A stretch of DNA of 64,000 nt. It comes from the human T2T-CHM13v2.0 reference genome, Homo sapiens. Within the stretch, counting starts at the first letter, position 1, and every line of letters begins with the position of its first letter. The stretch lies in assembly GCF_009914755.1 (NCBI RefSeq), contig NC_060925.1, one strand, 5' to 3'. Position numbers and translations under genes: made by a program. Shown here in pieces: positions 13,507 through 32,396 of this stretch. The notes under the pieces are model-generated. The model worked only from the letters and a program-made list of their open reading frames with translations. It did no database searches and was not told the DNA's origin.

Positions 13507-15080
13507 AGGAATCTGTATTTTAACAAGCTTCCCAGCACTTCCCATGTGTGTGCTGGGCTAAAGCAGTTAAAGACCACTGCTTTAACACTGTATTTATTTA
13601 CATGGGAAAATGTCCATGGAATACCGTTGAATTGTTTTTTCTAAAAGCAAGTTAGCCTGTGTCATGCTGATTTCTGGAAAATTCTATGTCATTATGTTTC
13701 TTTAGGAGAGAAGAAAAGCCAAAAAAGTATTAACGGGGGTAGTGGGATTTTACAGGTGATTTATACTTTTTTTTTCTTTGTACTTTCTCCAACTTGTTTG
13801 AATTTTATGCAATGAATAGCTATTTCTTCTAAAATGAAAAAGAAATCTCTGAAGTTATTTCCATGGTTGGGGGTGGGATGGGGCAGTAAGACGTGTCCAT
13901 GAGCCTCCGTTAGTCGGCTCTGATTATGTGAGGCTTCTTGGTGTCAGGGAGTCTTACATCTGGCCCTGCCTGTTGCTATGACCCAGAAGCTACTGGAAGG
14001 TGTCAGGAAAGTTCAACATGCCCCCGTCCCTACCTCCTGCCTCTGGCCTCTGGTGTGGTGCAGACCCCTGAAGTAAATGCCTCCTCAAGGCAGCAGGCAG
14101 AGCCCAGATGGGATGGTGACCCTGCCGTCATCTGTGCTCCCATTCCTGGCCCAAATGGAGTCTCAAGGTCTCTAGGGAGCCCAGCCCAGCACCTGCCACA
14201 AACACTAAATTCTCTCAGAACTCCAGGAAGAAAACACTCCTGGCAGAAGAGAGTTCAGTCCCTGCCCCGGGGCTCGCCTCCAGCCATCTCTGATGACCCA
14301 GGTCCCAAGATGCCCTCCTGTGCCTTCATTATGGGAAGAGAGGCATCTGTCTTTCAGAGGCATCTCTCTCTCTTTTTCCCTCTCTCTCTCCTTTTTCCCC
14401 CTCCCCCCTGCTGTCTCTCTTTCTCTCTGTATCCTACAATCCCTGGATCATCTGAAGGCCTGTAATCTCAGGCTTGTTTCCCCCCAGACACCACCATGGA
14501 GCTTCTCCCTCCCCTGACAGCCCATGGGAGCCCACCCCACAGGTTTTTCTACAAGGTCTGCAAAGGACAGAGTGGAAGGGAAAGTGCTAGAAGGTTGCAG
14601 AGACACCCCAGAAGGTGTCTCCAGAGCAAGCTTTCGAATGACCTCTGTCTGCATCACTGCCCACCACCCCTGCCCATGGCTCAGGGTTCATAGGGGTGTG
14701 TGTTCATGTCCTCAGACTTGGGCAGGTGAGCCCAGGACACTTGTGCCACGGGGCTGTGGGGGCCTCCTGCAGGCTCCGGTGGCCTGGGCCCAGGCAAACC
14801 AGCCCACTCATCTTGTATCTCCAATACCTACACACACACACACAAAAGCTTCCAGAAGAAAGGAAAAAAGGAATGGACAGAGGAAGGACCAGTCTCCTAA
14901 GATTATTCCTCATTCATGCAGTCCTCCACAAATATTTACAAGCACCTACTACGTAGCAGGCACAATTCTAGGTGCTAGGATAGAGTGAACAGAATTAGAC
15001 TGATTAGACTGGTCCCTACTGTCATAAGGCTGATGATCTACAGGAGGAAGTCAAATAATCATTTTTAAAAGGAAAATAGA

Positions 15081-15437
<357 letters not shown>

Positions 15438-16384
15438 TCAGAGAAGTAGGTCACGGGGGCTTCTCCAGGGAGCAAAGCCCTTGCTGATGCTGAAAGATGA
15501 GTGAGAGGAAGAGCGCTCGCTGAGACCCCCATCTTCCCTTCCTCCACACCCTAACCTTGACTGATGGCCCCCTCGCCTTTACTGCTACTGCTCTCCCTAC
15601 AGGCTGGGGAAGGAGAGAATTGGAAAATCTCCTTCTGACCATATTGTGTCTGGAGTTTTGTATCACCCTTGGTCTCAGACCCTGAGGCCAGAAAGCCACA
15701 AAGGGTCAGAGGTCAGAGTGGGCAGAATCAATCTGTGCCCGCTTCAGCCTATGTTTAAGGTACAAGGATCATTTGAAAAGTCCCTTTCACAAGGGAGGCA
15801 CCCTCTGAACATAAAAGTCTTGCCCCAGCTCAGGAGCAGACAGACTTGCTTACTGGGACGTCTCAAAACTTGTGCAAATGACAAGTTCATTTTTAGCCGA
15901 AAAGAAGACACATCTGAAATATTGATGTGGCAGCCGGAGCCCGGCTCCAGACCCAGCTACAAAGGGAGGTGCTAGTTGATGAAGAGTATAATTAATCAGC
16001 ACTTAGGGACCTCTGGCTGCTGATTTCAAGCTAACTGTCCCCCAAATCCACTTCTCTGACCCACCAGAGCCCAGGGTGCTGCCACTCAAAGCATCACAGT
16101 ACGTGAATCTAATTGCAAACCTCCTGCCTGCCATCACGCCCATCTCCCCTGCCCAGCTCTGCCACCATCTCCCCTCCCTAGCTCACCCCCATCTCCCCCG
16201 CTCCAGCCTACAGTTTCTGCCGCAGCCTCGCCTGCCTGACCCGACAGATGGCTCCTCCTGCATCCTCCATCCCTGCTTTGCCATTTGCTGTTCCTTCTCC
16301 TCCTTCAGCACCTGGCTCACTAACTCCCGCTTTATAACTCACTCCCAATCAGCTGTGCAATCCCAGAAAAATTTCTGAATCACT

Positions 16385-16761
16385 TTGTGCCTCAGTTTCC
16401 CCATTTACAGAAATGGGGAAATGGTAACAGTCCTCACTGTGTTAGGGTCCCTGGGAAGACTGAATGTGTTAGGGACGTCAAGGGTGTAGAGTGCCTCATG
16501 GCACGTGACACTTGCCCTGCAGGCGTTAACTGTCGATGTGGCACATCTTTCCAGCTCATCTCAAGCATCACCTCCTCCTGGAGCCTTCCCGGCCTCTCAG
16601 TCTGAGTTAGGGTCACTTAATTGCTGATTCGCAGTCCTTGCTAGACTCTAAGCTTCTTGAACCCGAGAATGGCATCATTCATCTCTGCATTCCCAGTGCC
16701 TGGAATTGGGTACACAGTAGGTGCTGAGTAAGTGAATGGATGAATGAATGAATGAATGAAT
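16385..16761 (+). mobile_element. MIR fragment followed by L2 3' end with (GAAT)n
   Basis: gtgcctcagtttccccattt; cccagtgcctgg...cacagtaggtgctgagtaa...gaatgaatgaat. Confidence 0.7.
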
Positions 16762-17984
16762 CTCCTTGCAGATTTCTCCAGGGTCTGAGATTCTGTGCTA
16801 TCACACCAAGGACGGGGAAATCAATTCAAAATCTTCTGCATCTTTAATTTGGGCTGAAGAGTGCAGCTCTCTCCTCCCTGCTCCAGGGAGGTAGGTTTGC
16901 CGGTCCAGCCAGCCTCATGACTCAGCTGCCCCAGAGGCTTCTCTCTGCCCCAGGGCATACTTAGCCATTTGGCACAGAAGGCACCAAGTCTAGGGCCATG
17001 AATATTATGATGCAGCCTGCTCTGCCCAGCAGCACTCAAGGCTGAGTTTTGGAAAGCGAGCCTTGTGGTGACTGAGTAGGAAGTGCCTATAACTGGCCCC
17101 TCCCTGGCTTTGCCCTTTGTCCTCCCACTACCTGGCTGGTGGCCATTCCCATCATTTATGCCTTTTTCCCCCAACGTGGGGCAATGGCCAGCCCCAGAAT
17201 CTCAGCTGCAGCCATGGGGGCTGTCTTTGGCTTTTCCCAGCCCTGGTTCCCCTGGCTCTCCCCTGCCGTGGCTTGCATGCTGGGCACACACTGCAGGATC
17301 TGGGCAACTCTGCCAGCCAGGAAACGCAGACCGCCCTTGATTAGCATAAGCAACGTGCTTTCCTTGGCTGAGTCTGGAGCTGTCGCAGCCTAATTAGCAA
17401 AGCCGCCAGATCAGCAGGCCCTCTCATTAACAGCGGCCCAATCCCACCCATGTCTCAGCAGCCCAAGCCTCCACAGCCCATCCCTCAGCAGCCTTCCCCT
17501 GGGATCACATCAGGGGTCTGGGAGTGAAGGGGACAGCCAAGAAGAGCCAGGCCATGACCTTGTCATCAGCTGATGCGTAACCCAGCAAGGAACTCATCTT
17601 CCGGGAGGGTGGAATTTGGGCTAGGGGCCTCTGAAAGTTCATTGCAGGCCTTGTGTCCCAAGTCTTTTCAGCCCCTTCATCATAGAGTGACCCTGTGCTA
17701 AGTTCTGCAAAAGATAATCATGCAGGCCGTGATCCCTGGCAGCAGAAAGCTCCGTCCTCTCCCTGGTTCAAGCCACCATGTTCTCTGCCCTGGACTCCTC
17801 ACTGGTCTCCCCAAGGTGTATAGTTAGGTCAGTTCAGGGTACCCGAGGACAGAGAATAAAAGCAAACAAAGTGAGGAAGAGGGGAGGCTGCTTTCATTTA
17901 AGTAGTCAGGAGGGCTTCTCAGAGGAGGTGACACTTTAGCTGAGACTTGGATGACAAGAAAAAGTTGGCCAGGCAACAATCTGA

Positions 17985-18346
<362 letters not shown>

Positions 18347-18959
18347 AAAAAAGATGCCTTTTTAAAAGACGATGAAGGAGGCCAGGAGCAGTGGCTTGAT
18401 TTGTAATATCAGTTCGGGTTTCACACTTTTCAAGCTTTGCTCTTTCACCCTTCAGGAGATGTGTGTGTGCTAGCCAGACAAATGGGACTTTTTTGGTTAA
18501 ATTGGCTGGAATTGGTTTCTGTTGCTTGCAACTAATAGCTCTAACTGGTACCCTGTCCTTATGACTCATCAGTAGAGAATGGATCTCTGCTGGTGGGGAG
18601 CAGGCTGCGGCTGTATCAGGCAAATCCAGGGCAGCCTCAAAACTCCCAGCAGTGGGACAGAAAGCCCATCTTTTCTAGGGCCAAGAGAGGAACTTTGGAA
18701 GACACTCCTGAGTGAGAATGCTCCACTCCCTGCTGCCCTACCCCATGACAGTTTCTTGTGATCTGTTGTGATCTGGGTTCTAGAGAGGGAAGAGCAAGAA
18801 TGTAACATTCTTGTAAGCTATAAAATCAGTTGCAAAAAGGAAGATTTGGGGTGCAAAGAGACCTGGGTTTAGATTCTGACTCTTCCACTTACTAGCACTC
18901 ACTTAAACTCTCTGGGCCTCAGTTTCTTCATCTGTAAAATGGGGAGAGTAGCAATTTAA

Positions 18960-19950
18960 ATGTTTTCATCTGTAAGTACTAAACACCCAAGCCCAGCTGG
19001 CATAAAAAAACAAAGGTGTTTATTAGGTCAAGGAACTGTACTTGCAGATGTAGGTTGACCTAATCACGGCTCTATCTCCTTTCTTGGTGATTCTTTTGGC
19101 TCTGCCCTCTTCTGGGTGTCAGCTTCATCCTCAGGCTGAAGTTCTGAACATTATACTTGTTCACAGTGATATCAAAGAAAGGGAAGGAGTTGCATAAGCC
19201 AGAGTCCCAGGAAGAACTTCTCCAGCAGCTCAGAGCAAACCACTCCACCCATTGGTGCAAATTGGGTCACATGCCCATGCCCCAACCAATTGCTGTCACC
19301 AAGAGAATGACACATGCTGATTGGCCTAGGTCTGAACTCCTGAACCAATCACTGGCAAGGATTATGGGATTATCATGATTGGCTTAAACCAGCAGTTCTC
19401 AGACTTTTGTTCCCAGAACCCCTTTACTCTTGTAAAAATTAGAGAGGACCCCAATAAGCTTTGGTTTATGTGAATTATATTTATCAATACTTAACATTTT
19501 AGAAATTAAAATGTAAAAGATTAAATATTTATTCATCTTTAAAATAACAATAGTAAGCCCGTTATACATGTTACTATAAATAACATATTTTATGAATAAT
19601 AATGATACTTTCCAAAGCAAAAAAAAAATAGTGAAAAGAGTGGCATGCTTTTACACTTTTGCAAATCCCTTGAAAGTCTGGCTTCACAGAAAATGGCAGG
19701 ATTCTCAGACCTGCTTCTGCAATCTGGCCGTTGTGATATGTTATCTTGGTTTGTAGCATATGAAGAAAATCCAGCCTTCTGCAGATGTGTGGTTGGAAGA
19801 AGCTGGGACTCACAGACCTCCTGAAAGGCTCTCAGGACCCCAGCAGACCTCACTCAGAACCGCTTGCTGAAACTAACCGGGGCTCACTCAGGAGCTGTCT
19901 GGGATCAGACTCTGTGAACTCCATGGCAGCTACAGTTCAGGAAGGGATGC
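18960..19950 (-). mobile_element. MLT1-type LTR interrupted by a Charlie element
   Basis: ttgggtcacatgcccatgccccaaccaattgctgtcacca...ctgattggcc...tgaaccaatcactg. Confidence 0.6.
19391..19869. mobile_element. hAT-Charlie non-autonomous element (Charlie4a-like)
   Basis: cagcagttctcagactttt...gaggacccc...aagagtggcat...tatgaagaaaatccagcc; AT-rich body and hAT-type termini. Confidence 0.7.
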
Positions 19951-22465
19951 GCAGCTATGGAGGAAACACCCATGGTATCCAGTACAAGGATAATAATTGC
20001 TTCCACTTCATAGGGTTTTTGAAAGAACTAAGTGAAATGATGGATATAAGCACCTAACACTGGGCTCAATAAATGGTACCCAGGGGTGAGAAAGGACCAC
20101 AGGTGAGCACAGTTATAAGCGAGAATCCATTATCCAGATGAACCAACTTCTCAGCTCCTTTCCCCAAGGTTCCTTCCACCCACGCACATTCCATTATGCC
20201 ATTCTTGCTACATCATTTCACTGAATGTTCATCTCTGGAAGCAAAGACATACCATAATAAGTGCCACAGAAAGGAGAGCAGGGGCAGTGTTCAACAGAGG
20301 GGAAGATGAAACAGAACTGTCAAACTCTGGAACACTGAGACGGTTCTGCTCCTCAGAAGAGCAGAAATGTGGTCCTTTCTCAGGAGTGGCTGTGTGGCAA
20401 GAGCGAGATACAGTCCTGGCTCCAGAAGGTCAAATCAAAGCATCTGGTGTCTACGTCTGGTCAGCAGATAGGGGTTGGGGTCAGGAAGCTGAAAACTGGA
20501 TGACATCAGGAAGTCAGGGCAGGACAAGAGAAAGCAAAGGGGGCCTTGGAAGGAGCAAGCAATTTCAGGCCCAAATCAGCACCTCCAGCTTACAGGGAAC
20601 ATCTGGAGCCCTCGCTTGTACACACACATACACAGGGACACACACACAGAGTAGGGTAAGGGGTGCAGGGCTGGAGGGACAGTGTTACTAGTAAGTGGCA
20701 TGATAGACTGTCTGTGCTGTGGCACAGCTTACAGAACAGTCCCAATTTCAAGACTCTAAGAGGGCGGGACTTATCGCCCCAGCACCTAGCTCAGTGCATA
20801 GCTCCTAGCACACTCTGTAGCTACTGGTTGAATGAATGGCCCTCTACCTTGTCCCTATAAACCATCAAAATGTCCCTGAAGTGCCAATATGCCAGCACCC
20901 TGATTACCTCTTCCAGATTGCCCCTTGCTCCCAGGACTGGCACAAAAAGCCTGTGAATGACAATGTATTTGGATTTGGGACTCAGCTCTGCTGTGGAGAT
21001 CAGGAGATGCAGGTTCTAGTCCCATCTCTGCACTAGATCACTATGTCATTCAGGACTTGACACGTTCCCTCTTGGAGACTCAAGTCTACCACCTGTGAGT
21101 CATAAGAAGGGGCCCCTGAGCAGATGTGTTGAATGAAGGGCTCAGGGACCCAACAACCCTGTACCAAGGTCAGGAAGATGGAATGTTCCGCTAAGTCAAG
21201 TTCACTGGCATGACCAGAAAGGCAAGTTGCCAACTGAGGATGAGGGTGCCTGGAGACTTTGGGGCATGGCCACACCCAGTGACGTGTCCCCTCTGGGCCC
21301 TCATTACCCTTTTGTAGACTGTCCTCACCTCTCTTCAGCCTCTGACCTGATATAGGGTAAAACCTTTTCCCAGGGTTTTAAGATAGCTGCTGCCGGGACC
21401 TGAGACCTGTGAACTTGGGTCTGAGCCATGAACCTGTCCCAGGTTCAAACTCCTTTTTCCAGATGCGAAATTTAGGAGGCAAAGAGAAAGGGAAGGAATG
21501 GTTACTGAGCACCTAGAAATGCCAAGCCTCTGTTAGACATTTTGTCTGCATATCTGACTTCCTATCCGTATGGTAGACATCAATGTCCCAAGAAAGTTGA
21601 AAGAAAAGTGCAGTATTCTAGCCAAGATCATGAGGCCCGGATTTAAATCTTTCCTCTCCTGTCCATTCCCCTCCCCAGGTCCCACCTCCCTAGCTCCCTC
21701 CTCCCTCTGTCCACCACTCCTCTCTCCTTCCCTCCCTATGGGTTCCTGTAAGGCACCCAAGATGCCACTGCCACCTCCGCTCCCTCGGGGGATGTGAGCA
21801 ACCGTCTTAAGCACTGTCCTCATTTCAGTCTCCCTTCGTAACTCTGCGTTTTTGCTCTGGGCATTCAGAGTGGCAGGTTCCTATCGCCCTCTCTCCTCTG
21901 CCAATGAAAGCTGGCGCATAATCCTGCTTCCTGCCCACCCCCTCCATCTTCTCAAGTAATGTCTGTCGTCCCGCATTCTTCTTCCCGTTCCGGCCCTGTG
22001 GCTGCTTTCAAAGCAGATCCTTGGGACTCAGGCCAAGTTCATCAGGAGGGCCTGGAATGGCCCAGGAGGCAGAACCTGGTGACCTGTGTATCCCAGGGCT
22101 CAATGCTGTCTGCTCACCCCGATGGCTATGACATGGGGTTTGTGAAGATGGGGTAGCTGCTGAGAGAAGCGAACAGCCTCAAAGACCCCAGGGCCAATGT
22201 TCTGATTCCCGCTCAGAACTACTTCTTAGGGAGCCATCATCACCTGCCTGGAGCCCTGCTTTCAAGCTGCCCTGGGAGATGTCTTGTGTTTTTCAGATGC
22301 TTGCCAAGAGAGGGGTGAGAGCCCTGGCTGTGCAGTCACCTCTGCCAATTTGCAGAGTTGAAGCCAGTCAGTGCCTCCATTTCACCATCTGTAAAATGGG
22401 CACAAGAGTGGTAATGACCCCATAGGGTCATCAGAAGGATCGTATGCCTGTAAAGAGCTATGGTT

Positions 22466-22773
<308 letters not shown>

Positions 22774-22944
22774 TCACCCACAGAAAGGACCTAGCAAGTG
22801 GGTGCAGCTACTACTGTGGTCACCAGGAGGAGAGGGATGCTGGCATGGCTGGTCCAGGGAATGAAGTCTCCTTACCCAGATCCCTGTGATTCCAGGGTTG
22901 GATATGATGCCCACTTGGGTATGTTGCATAAACTCTCTGTCCGC

Positions 22945-23675
22945 ACACTTATTTGTCCAACAAATAAATGAGCATTTACTCTGTGCCAGGCACTGTCCCA
23001 ATGGCCATCATACAGCGGTAACAGGACAGAGATGGCCCCTGTCCTCAGGGAGCTTACTGTGTGGTAGGGAGAGACATCCGTGAGCATTTAACAAATGATC
23101 TCAGGGAAGCATCAGTGCTATGACAAAAACTGGTCGGGGACAACTGGGGGAAGGCTTCAGAGAAGGTGCTGGGGAAGGTCCCCTGGAGAGCTGGCACCTG
23201 ACGTAGACCTGAATGGCATCTGTCGGACGGGGAAAGAGCTCTCCAGGTAGAAGGTGCAGCAGGTGACAAGTCCCCAAGGTGGGAAGCAGCTTAGCTTAGT
23301 TACGGGATAACAAGAAGCCCAGTGGAGATGAGTGAGTGAAATCGAAAATAAGAAAGGATGGAGTAGGGGTGGTGGGAGGCAGGGGACAGATGATGCTGTT
23401 TATGCCACATCCAGGAGTTCAGATTTTATCCACCGAGCAATGGGAAGCCAGTGGAGGACCCCAGGCAGGGGAGTCACATGGTCTGAGTGCTGATAAGTCT
23501 GGCTGTTGGGTGGAGAATGGGCAGGGAGTCAGATGGGGGTGGAGAGGCCAGCAGGAGGCTGCTGTGATCGTCCAGGGGAGAGATAATGGCAGCTCAGACG
23601 AGGGTGGCAGCAGTTGAGGTGGTGAGAAGCCCTGGAATTCCAGATACTTTTTGGAGGTAAAACAGACAGGATTTG
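22945..23675 (-). mobile_element. L2 fragment
   Basis: caacaaata..gagcatttactctgtgccaggcactgt...cctgtcctcagggagcttac...gtggtgagaag. Confidence 0.75.
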
Positions 23676-24221
23676 CTAGCAGATGGGTCCATCCAGGTCA
23701 CATCCCCAAAACAGCCATTGTGGGAGAAGCTCCCTGACAGCCTGGCGTCCAAGGTCAAGGTTCAAAGGGTTGTTACATCTCTGCCCCCACAGCTGCCTCT
23801 CTCTGGGGCGGCCAGGGTTCCGCCTCTGTCTTTCTCCCAGAAGCCAAGGGTCAGATGCTGATATATTTGGGGAAATATACATGAAATACAACGAAGCTCT
23901 CAGGAGGTGGTCCTGAAGCCACCTCTCTTGAGTGCTGCAAGGGCCTCCAGCAGTGGCAGGCAATTTCTGCTAATAAAACTGGTAAAGGCAACTTATGCAG
24001 ATGTGTATGCAGACACAGAGATGGCCAACCCACCGGGCACGTTAAAGACACAGGCACCTAGCGAGGTGGGAGGCCCCCAGGAGTCCCGTCCTAACACAGT
24101 TCCGTGCACGCACTTGAAAACGCTGCTTATGCAAGGGTGCTGGGAGCAGATGAGGATTTAAGACATGCTTTGATGGACATAAATTTATAGACTAGAAAAT
24201 CCGAAGTTCTGAGAACTGCAA

Positions 24222-24521
24222 TTTTTTTTTTTTTTTTAAGATGGAGTCTCGCTCTGTCACCCAGGCTGGAGTGCAGTGGCTCGATCTCGGCTCACAGCAA
24301 GCTCCGCCTCCCGGGTTCACGCCATTCTCCTGCCTCAGCTTCCTGAGTAGCTGGGACTATAGGCACCCGCCACCACACCCGGCTAATTTTTTTGTATTTT
24401 TTTAGTAGAGACGGGGTTTCACCGTGTTAGCCAGGATGGTCTTGATCTCCTGACCTCGTGATCCACCTGCCTCGGCCTCCCAAAGTGCTAGAATTACAGG
24501 CGTGAGCCACCGCGCCCAGCC
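24222..24521 (-). mobile_element. AluY
   Basis: Y diagnostics; TSD agaactgcaattttttt at 24212 and 24522. Confidence 0.93.
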
Positions 24522-24864
24522 AGAACTGCAATTTTTTTAAATCTTCCATGGTGTTTCCAAGGGGAGGCTAATATTCAGCTAGAGCCAGAAAAATACAGGT
24601 CCTTTTACCAGCTTTACAGACATTTTGGAAAGTGGCATCATTAAGTCCATGTGAATACAGCAAAAGTTCTGGTACCAAACTCAGTGAGAGGGGTGGGAGC
24701 TGCCAGGGCTGCCCACCCAGAATAAAAGGTGTGGACAGGTGGACAGGTAGGCCCTCTGAGCAGTGAATGTCCTGCTTTTTGAGGGGAGGGAGGATTTAGA
24801 AAATTGAGGCAATTGTCCTTGTAGACACATAGTATAAATAATCTTTTGTTCCTCCTTCCTTTCC

Positions 24865-25163
<299 letters not shown>

Positions 25164-26224
25164 GCCTCTTATTTCTGTGGTGGTCTCTCTGATCACCCAC
25201 TTAGGATGCCAAGTATAGGGAAGGCAAGAAAAAAATTGCTGATAGCGTCTCCATGCTTGTAAACCCAAACACAGGACCCAAACTACGTTTCAAGAAAGAG
25301 GTTGTGAAGTGGCCCGCTTTGAGCAGTGTCCCTGGGGCCGGTCAAGCCTCAGCCACAAGTGCCAATTTCACTTTCGTCCCAGCCTTTCAGGTGGGCACAC
25401 TGGGGCCCTGGCAGCAGAGCGGGCCATCTGTGCCACTTCCCTCTGTCCTGGGGTACTCTTCCTTTAGCCAGAGGGGGCACACTTTGCCATTGGGCACTCA
25501 GAGGATCCGGGGAGAGGGCTGGACCCCTCCTCCTTAGTACATTTGCCAGATGGGCAGAGGAGGCCGAGAATGTAAGGCCGGGGTCTGCTTTGTTGTTTCC
25601 TTGTGGCTAAAGATAGGGATGATGTGAGAATCTATTTGCTGTAATGAAAGACAAGCTCACCACACTCTCCACCATCCCTGGGTACAGGCTTTGCAAAGAG
25701 TGGCCTTGCTTTAAAATCAATTTTAAAACATAATAGAGACCACAATTTAATTTTTAAAGTCGCGATCCCATTAATCTAACCTTAGTAGGTTACATGTATT
25801 GAATGCTAACTCTGGCAGATGGTGTTCTAAGTGCTTTTACATGTATTTGCTCACTTAACCCTATAAGGGAGCAGCATGATTGTTCCATTTTGCAGAGGAG
25901 ACAAATAAAGCCCCAGGATGAGAAGCAGACTGCGGAAGGCCAGACAGCGAGGGCAGCATTCTGTCTTAATCTCCCCTTGCTTCCAGTGCCTGGCACCAGC
26001 AGGCAGCCAGTGAATGTGTAGACCAGGGGACGTTCACTGGTCAACGGGTTGGTTAGTCACCTGATTAGCTAGTTGGCCTAGAGGCTCAGTCTTGAGTTAG
26101 CAGACTCACGTTCCAACCTCAGCTCAGCCACTTCCTAGTTGTATGGCCTGTTATGGAAATTCTTTCCTTCCCACGTGCCTCAATTTTCCTTATTCATGCA
26201 ATGGGTTTAAGAATTGCCTCACTT

Positions 26225-26321
26225 GGGAGGCGGAGTTTGCAGTGAGCCGAGATAGCGCCACTGCAGTCCGGCCTGGGCGAAAGAGCGAGACTCCGTCTCA
26301 AAAGAAAAAAAAAAAAAAAAA
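26225..26321 (+). mobile_element. 5'-truncated young AluY (97 bp) inside a MIR
   Basis: Perfect 16-bp TSD aagaattgcctcactt at 26209-26224 and 26322-26337; CpGs intact. Confidence 0.95.
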
Positions 26322-26608
26322 AAGAATTGCCTCACTTTGCAGGGTTTGGATTGTGAATTAGAGGAGACCAACGCCTATAAAAATCTGGCACATGGTAGAT
26401 GCCTAATAAATGCTTGTTGCAATGCTGAGTTCTAGCTGCAGGTACAGCTTTGCTACCCAGTTCCAAACAAGAGACACCCCAGCTGCCACATGGACGTCAG
26501 CTTGTAAGATGCGGGACGTCCCCCTGCATGTGCCACTGCAGATGTCTGCACGCACTCCAGGCAGCAGCACAGACAGGCCCGTGCGCCACATGTCAGATTC
26601 CCGACTAG

Positions 26609-27358
<750 letters not shown>

Positions 27359-27560
27359 AGGAAATGCTCTTGGGCTAGAAAAACTCCTGCTGGCTTGTCT
27401 TGCTGCCACCTGCAAATGGGACGCAGTCACAAAGGCCTGCACTGGAAAAAGGTCCCCCAGGCCTGCATCTGGCACATCCTCCCAAGGTCTCCTAACCAAA
27501 CAGTAATGAGGATGAACCAAATATTTCATGCAAATAGTTCAGTAAAAATAATACAGCACA

Positions 27561-28357
<797 letters not shown>

Positions 28358-29003
28358 TCACGTGGAGTTGCTTAAATGAATGTTAAAACTCATTCTCATT
28401 CCTTGACTTGGTGGCGGGCATGGAACAGGAGCTTGCTGGGTCATGAGAGGAAGTTAGCCTGGGAATCGAGCTGAGGTGTGGCTGTGACTTGGGGACGCAG
28501 CCTCATGCGGAGCGAGTTCACTGTAAAGTTTATTTTACTTTCTGCCCCATAAAAAGAAAATGTGTAAAAGGGGCACGTTGATATTTTTTCAATATCACAA
28601 AACATATAAAGGGAATTTTTTAGAAAAGCACAAATGATCTGTTGAAATAAGCAAGTTAGTTTCAGGATTAAAAAATAACATTGTTTCACCACCTTATCTA
28701 TGGTCCCATATTTTTCTAGAGATCAAGCTGGCCATCCTAGATACTTATCATTGAGGGGAGGTGGGGGAAAAAAACCACCCCCAGGCTACACAGAAGATGT
28801 GGGTCAAATTATTCAATTTGGCGGGCCCTCTGATGAATTCTGCTGGGTCCACACCCGCTCCCCGCCTTGTTCCCTAGGGCTGAGATTTACAAATGCTGAG
28901 ATGAGTACAAAGAAGCTTTTGCACTGGAGCAGTGTTTTGTCCCTGGGGGAAGAATGACCCCCAGGATGTGTCCTCTGACCTCGCTACTCAGGGCATGGTG
29001 GCG

Positions 29004-29512
<509 letters not shown>

Positions 29513-30103
29513 TTCTGAAATAGTGCCCGAAGACCCTTGGATGCCTAAGAGGGCCAATTGAGTTTGCAAAAAGCTCAGGGTACAAAGACGAGGGCATGAT
29601 GACTCTGCCCGGGCATGTCCTGAGCTGCTTCCGGAAAGAAGTCTCCTCTGAGCTGGGTTAGAAGGAAAGGAAAGAAGGGTTTCATGAAGATGGAAAGGAG
29701 AATATTCCTGGCAGGGGGGTGGACAGAGTAAGGAAAGTCATGGAGCTGTTGAAGGAGCATGATGGGGGATGGCAATTGGGGTCTCAGGAAAGGCAAGTGG
29801 GAGGTGGATCCCCGCCCAGCTCTCACCCCAGTGGAAGGGCACCCCTCCTCCAACCCTTCTCTCCCCAGAGCCCATGAGCCCACGAGGGAAAATCCCTGGC
29901 TCCCTGTTTCATTAGGGCCATGAGTTGGACTTTGCTATGCCAACCCAGACTGGGGCTCCATGAGATAGGTCATAGCTTCTGAGCACTAACTCTGTGCCAG
30001 CATCATGCCGGGCACTTCACCTACTTTCCTTTGTGTATTCTTGAGGACAACCCAAGAGGCGGTTCTAGAGAGGATGAAGAGCAGAGCCATCAAAAGCATG
30101 TAG

Positions 30104-30983
<880 letters not shown>

Positions 30984-31753
30984 GAGCATGTGGACTGGAG
31001 CCAGAACACCTGGTCCAGATACCGTCATCATCTCACATCATCTCAACAGCAGTGTCCTCGGGAACATTAAAAGGGATTTTCCTACCCATATCCCGAAGTT
31101 TCCTCTTCCATAAAAAGGACATAAAACAGTAATAGTATATACTTTCGTAGAGTTGCAGTGATAATTAAATATATCCCATAGGGTTTGGCGGCACATGGTA
31201 AGCGCTATACATGAGAGTTATTATTCTTACTGATCCCCATTGAACAGATGGGGAAAGTGAGGCTCTGAGCATTTAAGTGCCTTCTTCAGGCTCACACAGT
31301 TAACTATACTCTACTATCTTGGCAAGGATTCCCCATGGCCTCTGCCCTCTCTCTCCACTTAGCTTGTCTTGGAGACCCCTTAACAGTGTGCTGCAATCTC
31401 CGCCTCCGACATCAGGCCCCTCTGCCTCCCACCAATTTCCTCCCACCTAACTCGTAACATCTCATCTTGGCTGTGTGCCTGAGTCTGTTACTGCCTCCAG
31501 AGTTAGGCCGTTTCCTCTGCCCACAGTGCCCACCTGCCCATCTCTGCTGATCTAGATTGCATCTTTCAAAGCCAGGGCCAAATAACACTCTTGCCCCAGA
31601 GACTCTGCAGTGCACCCCAGAGTGCCCTGCTCTTCAACTGGCCACCTCCAGAGCACCTGGCGGGCCAGGGCCATGTTGTGGACAACTTGACTTTCTCCCA
31701 TCCTTCCAACCACAGTGCTTTGTATGCAGTTGGTGCTTTCATAAATGCATGAT

Positions 31754-32087
<334 letters not shown>

Positions 32088-32396
32088 CCTGGCCCTGCCC
32101 TAATTACAACCAATTAGCCCCTGGCTCTCCAGAAGGCTCTGGGATGTCTGTGGCCTGTGGATCTCCTGACTGGCTGCTCTTCTCCCTCCTAACATTCATT
32201 CCTGACCTTTAGCCATGAGTGGCTGTCATGAGATCTGTTTTCCCAGGAGTGCGAGTGAGCGCTCCATATCCATCACAATGACAGAAAAGGACTTGATGTG
32301 CAGGGCTGGGCCTTCCCCCATGTGGGTGCCCTACCAACTCCTCCGTCTCAGGATCCGGTTCCTGGCCTGGGGCCCTTGGTGTCTCTTGATTCAGCC

